DNA of 64,000 bases from Mobula hypostoma (GCF_963921235.1 NC_086097.1:95048001-95112000), one strand, 5' to 3'; numbered from the stretch's first letter, positions 1 to 11,884 are shown. Notes: generated from the sequence alone by a model not told the origin. Program-made: numbers and translations.

Positions 1-87
1 ACTATAAATACAGTATTTCGCCTTTATATTGCTAAACTGTAGGAGAAGCCGCCATCTACCAGCTCATTGTAATGAGCTTTAACACAT

Positions 88-215
88 AATAAAAACAGAA
101 AATCTGGAAAAAGCAACAGGTGCTGCCTTTGACCTGAAATATTAAACTGCTTCTATCTCCACAGATTTGGCCTGACCTGCTGATTGTTTCCAGTGTATTC
201 TATTCCAGATTTTCA
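88..215. mobile_element. Old, decayed Penelope-terminus-derived short repeat (fold-back type)
   Basis: CTCCACAGATTTGGCCTGACCTGCTGATTGTTTCCAG resembles the Penelope 3' terminus at 45500-45600. The ends AAAATCTGGAA / TTCCAGATTTT are inverted. Confidence 0.5.
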
Positions 216-597
216 TTTTGATGTACATAGCTTATTTAAATAAGCCTTGATGGTATGTGGTGCTCAAGTTGACAAGGGTTGTGGGTGGATAACTACACAG
301 CTTGGTCCTATCAAAGAGGAGTATTAGAATTTGTCTGATCCTCACAAGTTTTTGCAAGCCTACTTATTTATTTCTTTGTGAGCCTAGCCCTAGGTTTCAC
401 AGCTTCAGAGTTGAAGGGCTTCACTGTGGGAATGAGACAGAATGGTCAGCAGTTTCTTTTGTTTGGGGGTGGTAGGAGAGGAGGTAAAATCACTTATTCA
501 CTGTGGCTATTGGAAGGCAGCCTGGTAGGAATGAACTCTGCGAATGAAATATCAAATGGAGCTTCTGACTACAGCTCTCACAGTGTGCATGATGGTA

Positions 598-1590
598 AAG
601 TTGGCCCTCCTTATCCGCGGGTTCCGCATGCGCGGATTCAACCAACCGCGGATTGGAAAAACCCGGAAGTTCTCTCTCCAGCACTCATTGTTTGAGTATT
701 TTTTCTTATCATTATTTCCTAAACAATACAGTAGAGCAACTATTTACATAGCATTTACATTGTATTAGATTATTAGATTAGATTAGATTATGAGGACACG
801 CAGTCCTCTTTTATTGTCATTTAGTAATGCATGCATTAAGAAATGACACAATATTCCTCCAGTGTGATATCACAGAAACACAGGACAGACCAAGACTGAA
901 AAACTAACAAAAAAAACGTAATTATAACATATAGTTACAACAGTGCAACAATACCATAACTTGATGGAGAACAGGCCATGGTCACAGTAAAAAAGTTCAA
1001 ACTCTCTCGAAAGTCCCACGTCTCATGCAGGCGAGAGAAGGAAGAAAACACTCTCTGCCATGCCTGACCACAGTCCGACTCTGAGTCGTCCGAAAACTTT
1101 GAGCCTCCGATCAACCCTCTGACACCGAGTACCAAGCACCATCTCTGCCGAACGCTTCGACCCCAGCCTCGGTCGCCAGCAGCAGGCAAAGCCGGGGATT
1201 TTGGAGCCTTCCCTCCAGAGATTCTCGATCGCACAGTAGCAGCGGCAGCGAACGGGCATTTCAGAAGTTTTCTCCAGATGTTCCTCTGCTTCTCACGTCT
1301 ATCTCCATCAAATCAGAATTGTGCATGGTACCCTACTTACAAATATGATATCATTTCACCGGAGAGCTGCGCGTGCTGCATTGCGCCACCATCTTCTCCT
1401 CCCACCTCCTTCTCCTCCATTATATTAGGTATTATAAGTAATCTAGAGATGATTTAAAGTACACGGGAGGATGTGCGTAGGTTATATGCAAATACTACGC
1501 CATTTTATATAATGGACTTGAGCATCTGCGTTTTTTAGTATCCGCAGGGGGTCCCGGAACCAATCCCCTGCAGATAGGGAGGGCCGACTG
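598..1590 (-). mobile_element. MER2/Tigger(pogo)-like non-autonomous DNA transposon (MITE), split by an insertion at 769-1417
   Basis: Imperfect TIRs AGTTGGCCCTCCTTATCCGCGGG ... CCCCTGCAGATAGGGAGGGCCGACTG, flanked by TA. The internal sequence (TAGCATTTACATTGTATTAG|GTATTATAAGTAATCTAGAGATGATTTAAAG...) matches the MER2 consensus as I recall it. Confidence 0.85.
769..1417 (-). mobile_element. Non-autonomous retroposon (about 650 bp) with (TCTAA)n tail, probably LINE-mobilised
   Basis: 11-bp TSD CATTGTATTAG (758-768) / CATTATATTAG (1418-1428). ATTAG tandem tail at the left end. The 5' end on the minus strand reads GGAGAAGATGGTGGCG. No meaningful ORF. Confidence 0.8.
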
Positions 1591-4420
1591 TACAAGCTAA
1601 AGGTCCCAGCCAACACACTTCCACCCAAGAGGTTCATGCAGTGGTTTAGAAACCTCAGAGCTTAGGAAATGGCCTAAGCCTCAGATAAAAGATTTCCATA
1701 TTAACCTACAATAGAAGAAGGTGGCAATCAGCCTATTGAGTCTATACCAACTCATGGAGAAATCCCATTTCTTCACTAGTTTTCCCAATAACCAATTCTC
1801 TCTACATTCCCATTCCTTAATTTATGGGTGGACAGAATGCTGCAGGATTTCTGTGGACACCTTTGGCTTATTCAAGGATTAATTTGCCCATGTTTTGATG
1901 CCATCTTATCCATTGAGGATCCAAATACTTTCCACCAGGTAGTCATCTTTCAAAAAACATTACCCCTTTCTGTAGTGGGTATTCTGCAGACTCCTTCACT
2001 CCAGTTAAACCAAATCCAGTCAATCCTTTTCTTCCCCATAACTAATGTCCTCCAATCTGGACAACATCAATGCAAACAGTTTCTGCCCTTACCTCAACCC
2101 ATTGTTGGTGACACAGTGACATTGTTAGTGCAACTGCTATCTCATAGCACCACCCACCTACTGTAGGTTCAATCTTGACATCCAGTGTTGTCTGTGTGAA
2201 GTTTGTATATTTTCCTTTTGACTGTTTGCTCATAGCAGCTGGATTCTTTCTTAGTCTCAGACACCATTAATATAAGGAAGTCTCTTAATGACTAAATGCC
2301 TATTGGTCACTTTGAGCTAGATCGATGAACTCATTTTTGGATTCAGGCTTATCACTTATAGGTAACATTAATGTTCTTTCATAAGCCCAAAGGAATGTTA
2401 TGTACTATAAGATAATAGGGCAGTGACCATTAGAATGTCTAATTGTTTTATGAGGGTATGCTGAACATTGTGCTGATGAAAACTTGTGTTGCCTGAATGA
2501 AAGAAACTAGACTTAGTTAATGTAAGAATAAAGAATTTGGCTGCCTTTACTGGTTTTGTTGGATTTCAATGGAGGGCTAGAAATCGTGATCAGTGCCTAG
2601 GACCCAGAGGTAGCTTCACAAATGAGTCTGAGTTCAGAGTTCCTGACAACAGCGACAATCAAGTGGTAACTAAGAAATCTGAAGTCCTTGTGGAAATCCT
2701 GTTGACTTGCTACATAGTATTTTGTCTGATTTATTTGTGCCTTCTATTTTATGATAATAAATTAGGCTTAAGTTACTTTGTTGTGCTTATATGCTTATTA
2801 CTGCGTCTCCTAGTCACTCGAATAGTTTGGGTCTTAACAACCCAGTCCATTGCAGTGCACACCTCATGAAAGAAAAGGAAAGTAAAAACTAAGTCAATCT
2901 GTTTTCCAGCTCCCATGTGTTTTTTACCAATTGGTTTGATGTTTTGGAGTTACAAAACGTAAGAAAGGATAATTCCTGTAGGAATGACATTCATAACAGT
3001 GAAATACAACAACCAACAAGCCACATTGGGCTTGTATGTGTTAGAAACAGGAGGGCCAGCATTGTGGGGCCATGATTGGCTGAGACAATTACAACTTGAT
3101 TGGAGATCCAGCCACCATTTGCATGCCACATCTCATGAAATACAAGCAACTGAAAGCGAATTAAGAAAGATACAGGATGATGTCACAGGAGTGTTCAAAG
3201 ATGGCATTGGAAAACTCAAACATATAAAGGGTGAAATTGTATTAAATGAAAATACCACACCCAAGTTTAGCAAATCCTGTCTATTCTTTGTACCATCCAT
3301 GATAAAGTAGATGGTGAGCTAGATTGCATGGAGGCTGAAGGAATTCTTTCCAATGTTGAGTGGAGCCCATGGGCAATGCCAGTGGACCCAGTAGCCAAGA
3401 AGAATGGGTCTGTTAGGATCTGTGGTAATTTTAAGGTCACTATCAACCCAGTACTGAAAGTAGATCAATACCCTCTGCCTAGGATAGAGGATATCTTTGC
3501 AAACCTTTCACTGGGAAACAATTCTGCAAAGTGGACTTAGCTGAGGCCTACCTACAGATGAAGATGGAAGAAGAATTCGAAGTGCTTTTCACCATAGATA
3601 ATCACAAAGGGTCTTTTTGCTAAAAAAAAATACTTATTTCTACACTCTGGCAGAAAGATATGGACCAGGTGCTGCAAGGCTGCCCAGTCGTCCAGTGTTA
3701 CCTGGATGATGTCATTGTTACTAAAAAGGATGAGAAGGAACATCTCCAAAATCTCAAGACAGTGTTACAAAGGTTAGAAAATTATGAGTTCAGAGCATGG
3801 TGCAACAAGTGTGAATTCTTTAAACCAAGCATCACTTACTATGGTCAAATCACTGACGCACAAGAATTACACAAGTGTGCTGAGAAAATTCAAGTAGTGG
3901 TGAATGCCCCAAGGCCAAAGGATATGTCATAGTTGTGGTCCTTTTTAGAATTTATCAATTAATATAACGGGTTTCTGCCAAACCTGGCTACTGTACTCAT
4001 CACTCTTGACCTTATTACTACAGATCTGGAAGAAATGGCAATGTGAGGTGGCTTTATAAAAGACAGAGGAAATGGTGACGTCAGACGCTGTATCGACTCA
4101 TTACGATCACATATCGTCTAGTGCAGCTTGCCTGTGACACCTCGCAATATGGTATAGGTGCAGTCATATCACATGTTATATCAATGCCCCCATAGTTTTT
4201 GCATCACTGCTGCAGAGAAAAATTATGCACAGATTGACGGAGTCTCGTCTGGGGAGTAAACATTTTCAACCAGTATCTGTATAGGTGTGAGTTTACTCTT
4301 ATTACTGACCATCAATGATTAGTGTCCATTTTAAATCCACAGAAGGGTGTTCCACTAATACAGAGGTGGGCTCTGTTTCTTGGAGAACATGATTACAAAA
4401 TTGAATTCAAGAGGACAACT

Positions 4421-7400
4421 TTATACTTTATTGTCGCCAAACAATTGCTACTAGAACGTACAATCATCACAGCGATATTTGATTCTGCGCTTCACACTTC
4501 CTGGATTACAAATATTAAATATTAAAAATATTTAAAATAGTTAAAATTAGTAAATATTAAAAATTTAAATTATAAATCATAAATAGAAAATAAAAAAAAT
4601 GGGAAGTATGGTATTGCAGAAAAACCGAGAGGCAGGTCCGGATATTTGGAGGGTACGGCCCAGATCTGGGTCAGGATCCGTTCAGTAGTCTTATCACAGT
4701 TGGAAAGAAGCTGTTCCCAAATCTGGCCGTATGAGTCTTCAAGCTCCTGAACCTTCTCCCAGAGGGAAGAGGGACGAAAAGTCTGTTGGCTGGGTGGGTC
4801 GTGTCCTTGATTATCCTGGCAGCACTGCTCCGTCAGCGTGCAGTGTAAAGTGAGTCCACGGACGGAAGATTGGTTTGTGTGATGTGCTGCGCCGTGTTCA
4901 CGATCTTCTGCAGCTTCTTTTGGTCTTGGACAGGACAACTTCTTTACCAGGTTGTGATGCACCCTAGAAGAATGCTTTCTACGGTGCATCTATAAAAATT
5001 AGTGAGGGTTTTAGGGAACAGGCCAAATTTCTTTAGTTTTCTCAGGAGCTAAAGGCGCTGGTGGGCCTTTTTGGCAGTGGACTCTGCTTGGTTGGACCAA
5101 GTCAGTTCACTTGTGATACTGACCCCGAGGAAGCTTTTGACCTGTTCCACTTGTGCACTACCGATGTAGATTGTGTCTTGCGGTCCACTACTCCTTCTGA
5201 AGTCAACAACCAATTCCTTCGTCTTGCTGACATTGAGGGATAGGTTATTGTCCTCACACTATGCCACCAGGTTCTTAATTTCCTCTCTGTACTCAAACTC
5301 ATCATTACCCGAGATATGGCCTACAATTGTTGTGTCATCAACAAACTTGTATGTTGAGTTTGATGGAAACTTGGCTACACAATCATGGGTGTACAGTGAG
5401 TACAGCAGGGGGCTGAGTACACAGCCTTGTGGGGCACCGGTGCTCAGAGTGATTGTAGAGGAGAGCTTGTCCCCTATTTTTACAGCCTGGGTCCTGTCTG
5501 TGAGGAAGTTGAAGATCCAGCTGCAGATCTGAGTGCTAAGGCCCAGGTTCCGGAGCTTAGTAATCAGTTTATTTGGAATGATAGTATTAAAGGCAGAGCT
5601 GTAGTCAATGAAAAGGAGCCTTACGTATGTGTCTTTATTCTCCAGGTGTTCTAAAGAGGAATGTAGGGCCAGAGAGATGGCATCTGCCGTTGACCTGTTG
5701 CTCCGGTAAGTGAATTGCAAAGCGTCGAGTTTGACCGGTAGGCTGTGGTTGATGTGTGCCATAACCAATCGCTCGAAGCACTTCATAGCAATTGATGTCA
5801 TTCAGGTCAATAGTCATTCAGGCATGCCACCTTGCTCTTCTTCGGCACTGGGATTATTGTTGCCTTCTTAAAACACGAGGGGATCTTAGACTGAAGCAAG
5901 GAGCAGTTGAAGATGTCAGCAAACACTCCAGCTAGCTCGCTTGCACAGGCCCGGAGAACCCATCCCGGGACGCCATCTGGGCCTGTCGCCTTCCTTGGAT
6001 TTATCTTCAGGAATGCCCTTCCAATGTCCTCCTTGGTGACGATGAATCCCGATGCCACCAGGTCCAGTTCATCCGGAGGGAGCGGGACGCTCCTCTTCTG
6101 TTCGAATCTTGCGTAGAATACGTTAAGTTTGTCAGGAAGAGAAGCGCCACAGTTATTGATATTCCCAGCCTTTTCTTTGCGCCCAGTGATCTCATTTAGA
6201 CCGTGCCATAGTCTACTGGCATCCCTTTGGCTAGCCTGGGCTTCCAAATTGGCTCGATATTGCCTCTTAGTGCCCTTAATGGCTTTCCGGAGTTCACGCC
6301 TGGATTCCATGTAGCGACTGGTATCCCCGGACCTAAAAGCCACAGCTCTAGCCTTTAAAAGGCACTTGACCTCATAATTCATCCAAGGTTTCCGGTTAGG
6401 GAATACCCAGATCATCTTGCGAGACACACAGTCCTCCTTGCATTTCCAAATAAAGTCCGTGACAGCTGAGGCATACTCACCGAGGTTAGCTGCTGAGATC
6501 TTGAATACTAACCAGTCCGCCGATTCAAAGCAGTCACGGAGGACCTCACCCGTTTCCTCCGTCCAACAGGACACTACTTTTGACACCGTGACCTCCCGCT
6601 TCAGTTTCAGCCTCTAGTGGGGCAGGAGACATGTTGGTATAACTTTGGCAGTGCCTTTCTGCGGTTGGTCTGGTTAAAGTCCCTGGCTGTAATGAGCAAA
6701 GCCTCCAGATACCTGGTCTCAAGTTCACTGATGTTGGCATACAGTATGTTCAGAGCACACTCCACGTCCGCCTGGAGGGGAGTGTAGACCACTGTCAGTA
6801 TGACTGAGGTGAATTCCCGTGGCAGATAGTAGGGACGACACTTCACCGACAGGTGTTCTAGGTCCAGGTTGCAGGAGCTTGTCAGTGCCACTGTGTCCGA
6901 GCACCACCCAGTGTTGATCAGTAGGCAGACACCACCTCCCCATGTCTTGCCTGAAGATGCCGTGCGGTCCATCCGATGGATCGAAAATCCCTCCGGTCGG
7001 ATGGCACAGTCGGGGGTGGCAGGGGAGAGCCAGGTCTCGGTGAAACAGAATACACAGCAGTTCTGCATCTCCCTGCAGTAGGTGAGTCTCCCTTTAAGAT
7101 CATCCACCTTGTTCTCTATGGCTTGCACATTAGCTAGTAGGATGGTGGCATAGGGACCCTGAAGCCCCTCAGCTTCAATCTGATCAGCAGCCCAGCTCTT
7201 TTCCCATGCTTCCTCAGTAAATAATGCATCTTTCCAGGTTTCCATCTATGCAGTGTGTTGTTGTCAGCTCTTTGATGTTGGTGGACGCGACCCGCGGGAA
7301 TCGATCGCCCGGTCGTGTCGTCGTACGCTCCGGGTTGGGCCAAGTAACGGGGGAGGCTCCGCTGCCACTTCCAGCTGCCGGGGGCCCGGGCTGTCGATGG

Positions 7401-7920
7401 GGTTGGGCCCCGAAGCCGACACTAAATCCCAGATGGCTGGGCTCCTTCTTTAAGCCAAGTCACGGTTGCGGAGGCCTCCGCTCCAGTTGAGCCTCGGGCT
7501 CGATTTCCGAGGTCAGTGGCGGAGGCCTCACTTCCGGCAGCTGTGGATGGCCACCAACGGGGCTTTACGGTGGTCACTCTAGAGAAGCATCTGGGGCACC
7601 TTGAGGTCTCCGCCGTCACTTCTGTGTGGTCGTCTGCTCCAGAGAGGTGCTGATCAGAATGGGCTGTGTCTCCAAGTGCTCCGGCACGGTAGCAGACCGT
7701 GGGTCTCCGGGAATGTAGTGGGCCTCGCTGGTTGGGTCCAGAGTTTAAGAAGCAGTTCTGGCGAGGTGGTCTCCAGCTGGGTCAGTAGCTTCGCCAGGGT
7801 GTTGTTGATCTTCATCTTGCTAAATTGGAGGTTTAGAAGGGTTTCTCGGGTATAGGATAGTGGAGAGGGCAGTTTGCTCGGGAGAGCATGCGTAAAGTTG
7901 CCAGTTACCGGCGCCATCTT
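4421..7920 (-). mobile_element. Near full-length Rex1/Babar-type LINE (APE endonuclease + RT, disrupted)
   Basis: EN motifs (ILLANVQAIENKVDDL, CFTETWL, GGGVCLLIN, RDFNQ). RT motifs ([45 protein letters not shown]). The 5' end is AAGATGGCGCCGG. It splits Gypsy pol between EFKRTT and HGNADGLS with a short AACTT-like duplication. Confidence 0.93.
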
Positions 7921-8190
7921 TAACTTATCATGGAAATGCAGATGGATTGTCCTGTTTACCCTTGGAAAAAGAAATTCCTGAAAGATTTACAAAAGAAGAC
8001 AGTCCTCTTGACGTATTCCCCCTAAAACAAATCAAAGGTCTCCATATTACAGCAGGGATGATCCAAAGGGAAAAAGAAAAGACCCCACACTGTCTCAGTT
8101 CTACATGACCACCCAAAATGGCTAGAATGTGCAGTGGAAATTGCAGTTCCCCTATTTTTACCAGCATCAGAATGAACTTGTTCTTGATGG

Positions 8191-8378
8191 AACACACATC
8201 AAAGTTGCTGGTGAACGCAGCAGGCCAGACAGCATCTCTAGGAAGAGGTACAATCGGCGTCTCGGCCCAAAACGTCGACTATACCTCTTCCTAGAGATGC
8301 TGCCTGGCCTGCTGCGTTCACCAGCAACTTTGATGTGTGTTGCTTGAATTTCCAGCATCTGCAGAATTCCTCGTGTTT
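8191..8378 (+). mobile_element. Fold-back (palindromic) Penelope-terminus-derived insertion
   Basis: Near-perfect inverted repeat at 8191-8341. The right part is nearly identical to the Penelope end at 45481-45600. 13-bp TSD TTGTTCTTGATGG (8178-8190 / 8379-8391). Confidence 0.9.
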
Positions 8379-8911
8379 TTGTTCTTGATGGGGCCGCTTT
8401 ATAAGGGGATTAAGAGTTCTTGTGCCATCCAAGCTGAGAGTTAAAGTGTTGGAGGAGCTACATGCCGGTCATCTAAGTGTGATCACAATGAAAGCATTAG
8501 CTCAAAGCTTTGCCTGGTGGCTTGGGATAGATCAGCAGATTGAACAGCTTGCCATACACTGTTCGGGATGCCAACTCATTCAGAAGAAAGGCATCCAGAG
8601 CTGTCAGAATCACTTACTTCATTCCTGGAGTCAAGTCCTACAAACACCATGGAGGGAGCTGAAGAGCGTCAGCTTGTTTCACAGCCACGTCTCACCTGCC
8701 AAGCAGAGTGACCCCCCCCCACCCACCTCCCCAACTGTTAGGAAAGATGTTATCCCACAAGAGTAAGAAATCCTCCACAGCGATTGAATCTTTAGACCTG
8801 AATGGGAAATTTTAAAAATTACTATGCTGTGGATGTCTATACAGTATACTATGTTTGTAGTTGAGATACATTATATATTAATTTGGGGTTTATAGCTGAG
8901 CGGGAGGGGTA

Positions 8912-9158
8912 TGGTGTATTTATTATTTCAGTAATATTTGAGCAATAGTGTAAAGATATTGTTTGATTATGCATTTTTTTCTGTTTATATGATTCATGAG
9001 CGGTTATATGTAAAAGTACATGAACGGCATAAGTCATTACATCACCACTTAGTTGTGTGCCTCACTGAAGAAGAGGAAAGAGAAAACTAAGTCGACACAT
9101 TTCCCGGCTCTTGTGTTATGTTTTTCAATTATCTTTATGTTTTGGAGTTACAAAACCA
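8912..9158 (+). repeat. 3' LTR of Gypsy copy 1
   Basis: Directly follows the polypurine tract. Similar to the LTR at 32436-32694 (TATTTCAGTAATA...TTTTGGAGTTACAAAA) and to 2855-2962. Confidence 0.8.
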
Positions 9159-9539
9159 GGGATGTGAGGAAAATTGGTTATAGGGATAAGTAGTGAAGAA
9201 ATGGGATCGTCCTGTGAGCTAGTATTGAATTGATTGGCTGACTGGCCTTCCCTTTTGTAAGTAAATATGGAAATCTTTTACTCTGCATTTCCTGGGTGTC
9301 TGCTACTTGAGAAAATTAACAGCTATAACTATGGCACTCTCAAGGATATTCCAAAGATCCCTTCATTAACATATGTGATGCAAATTTCTGTTCCTTATAT
9401 CGCCCCATTCACCCACTGTGTTCGCTTAATCAATACCCGATTTCAAACTTGCATACGACTTTGTCTCTCTCCGTCCGTGTAATCTTTTCCTGTGCTAAAA
9501 CCCAAATAAATCTCTCTTCTCCCACAAGTCCGGCCTCCA

Positions 9540-9805
9540 ACATATTCCCAGTTTTAATAACCCTCCTCTTGCAGTTGTGCCTTCAGCTTCCTCGGCCTGA
9601 AGCTCTGAAATTCCAGCACTAGATATCTTCTCCACCTCTTTTTCCTTCTTTGAGAAACATCTATAATATGACTCCTTGACCGTCCTTTTGGCTATTTGTC
9701 CCAACAAATTATTGCATTTCAAATTTTCTTTAAGACTGCTTCTGCTAAACATATTGTGTGCTCTAGTACATTAAAAATAATGTATAAATGTAAGTTGCTG
9801 TTGTT
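9540..9805 (+). mobile_element. Old L2-like LINE 3' end
   Basis: GTGCCTTCAGCTTCCTCGGCCTGAAGCTCTGAAATTCC...TATAAATGTAAGTTGCTGTTG resembles L2-type 3' ends (AFS..GP.LWN region plus tail). Confidence 0.5.
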
Positions 9806-9829
9806 TCATTGGTGCATGCCTCACTATGC

Positions 9830-10102
9830 TGGCAGGAGTCAGGGCTTTATGCTTTTGCTCTTGGTAGGATCATCCATGCCAAACAGGTCAAAGGGTAAGA
9901 GGCCAGACTACGAGTAGTCCACCGGACTTCCAGTTTCGGGGGTTCAGCTCAGGGTTAACAACCCTGACTGGTCAAAACAAATTGTTACGGAAATAGTAAT
10001 GAAGAGTCCTTCTATATCTGTGTGCAACACTATGGACAAACAGAGATGGAGGACCTCAATTGCTACTCTAATCACCAATGGCATAACAGACAGTAACTAA
10101 CT
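9830..10102 (+). mobile_element. Bipartite RTE-derived non-autonomous element (5' UTR segment fused to 3' end)
   Basis: RTE/Expander-like 5' motifs (TGGTAGG...CCATGCCAAACAGGTC...CCAGACT; GGGGGTTCAGCTCAGGGTTAACAACCC) are joined to a 3' end reading DKQRWRT.. and a (TAAC)n tail. Confidence 0.55.
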
Positions 10103-10270
10103 AGGTGGGCACTTGGCTAGGGGAGGCATAGAAGGATAGGAGACAAAATGCTAGAGGAAGAATAGGGTCCTAATGCAGGCAAATGGAATTAGTGTAGATG
10201 GCAAAACAGGAAGCATGGACGTGTTGGGCTGAAGGGTCCATTTCTGTGCCATATGGCTATGACCAATATA

Positions 10271-10839
10271 CACCCAGTGCTCACTTTATCAGAGACAGGA
10301 GGTAATTAATAAAGTGGCTAAGTGAATTTCTGTATGTTTGTGGTTTTCTGCTGCTGTCACCTATTCATTTCGTTGTTTGATGTGTTATGTGTTCAGAGAT
10401 GCTCTTCCGCACACCACTGTTGTAATGCGTGGTTATACGAGTTACTTTCACCTTCCTGTCAGCTTGAACTAGTCTGACCATTCCCCTTTGGCTTTTCTCA
10501 TTAACAAGGCATTTTCACCCACAGGACTCCAGCATATTGGATGTTCATTTTTTTTTGTTTTGTTTTTGCGCTATTCTCTGTAAATCCTGGAGACTTGTGC
10601 ACAAAAATCCCAGGAGATCAGCAGGTTCTGAGATACTCAAACCACCCCATCTGGCACCAGTCAAAGTCACCTAGATCACATTTCTTCCCCATTCTGATGT
10701 TTGGTTTGAATAACAACTGAATCTCTTGACCATGTCTGCATGCTTTTATTCCTTGAGTTGCTGACACATGATTGGCTGATTAGATATTTGCATTATTGAG
10801 CAGGTATACAAGTGCATCTAATGAAATGGACACTGAGTG
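10271..10839 (-). mobile_element. Tc1/mariner deletion derivative (non-autonomous)
   Basis: TA-flanked TIRs CACCCAGTGCTCACTTTATCAG / CTAATGAAATGGACACTGAGTG. The minus strand retains a transposase N-terminal remnant (GARWGGLSISEPADLLGF). Confidence 0.85.
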
Positions 10840-11884
10840 TATGAGAAATAACAACTACAACCTTGCTGGGTTAAGCAGCTCAATTGATAATCAGCTGACT
10901 CAACTACCTCCATTGTTTCCTGTGGCTCAGTGGTAACATGCTCTTCAAAGGACCACACCCTACAGACTTGAATGTTCCATCTAGGAAGATACACAGGCAG
11001 AGTGATTGGAGAAAAAGGTGGTATTAGTGGGATGGGCTGACTCAGATTGGGAAATAATACCCCTGAGGACAGGTAGAGGAGAATGGAGGAGGAAGTAGCC
11101 TTGAATATTTTGCAGTGTACTGCAGTGCAGCAGAGTGTGGGTATGCTATCATTAAAGGTCAGGATGAGGTTGAGTAAAATGATACAGTTGGCAAGTAGAA
11201 AGGATAAATATCAAAGACAAGGGAAACAGGTGGGTTATACTGGAGTAAGAGGAAGTGCAAATAGGTGGGAAGTGATTAATATTAGATATTGAACTGCTAT
11301 GTGTAGGAAGGGAGAGATAGTTATTAAGATATAATTATCTATATTAGATAATGGTTGTTATGGATTTAAGGGCATCCCAAGGTGGATGGATAAACAAGAA
11401 TTAAAGGAGGTGGGAAGGGTAAATGAAGCTTAAAGTACCATGAAAGGGAAAGAAAGGGTTAACAGCATTCAATATGGGCAAGGTTTAATGTGCATAGAAA
11501 ATGAGTAAATATCTATGGTGAAGGAAGCGTACGTATTGAGTGAAGGTTTACCATTACATCAGAGCTGTTGTGAATGGAAGGAATGGGTTAATGATAACAT
11601 TTGATCACTATTAATGTGGAAGGAAGAGTCATGGATGGGCAAGGAACAGTTAATAAAGAAGACTAGTTGACTGTGCTTGCAGGAATTTAATTGTGTGAGA
11701 AGGGTTAATGCTGATAGAAAAGGTCAGGTTAATGTTAATATTTGTGTTTATGCTATTCTTGCTGGAGGAAGTTGCTGTGAGAGGTTACGCTATCTGTCCA
11801 CACCCCCCACTGCTCCCAGTGGGAGGGGAAAGATGCAATCTGACACAGAAAAAGATTCTATTCTATTTATTTAATTTATTTAGA

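Larger units (their letters stand above)
2855..9158 (+). mobile_element. Decayed Gypsy/Ty3 LTR retrotransposon (copy 1), internally deleted and interrupted by a Rex1 LINE and a Penelope-derived insert
   Basis: Protease end (GPALWGHDWL), RT (PVAKKNGSVRICGNFKVTINP...YPLPRIEDIF; CYLDDVIV), RNase H region and integrase Zn-finger start (KVLEELHAGH...WWLGID...CSGCQ). 5' LTR remnant at 2855-2962, PPT GAGCGGGAGGGG near 8898, 3' LTR at 8912-9158. Confidence 0.9.

Noticed and set aside
2396..2839. Possible solo LTR (TGTTA...TAACA)
   Set aside because: No target-site duplication and no second copy in the window, so it cannot be supported.
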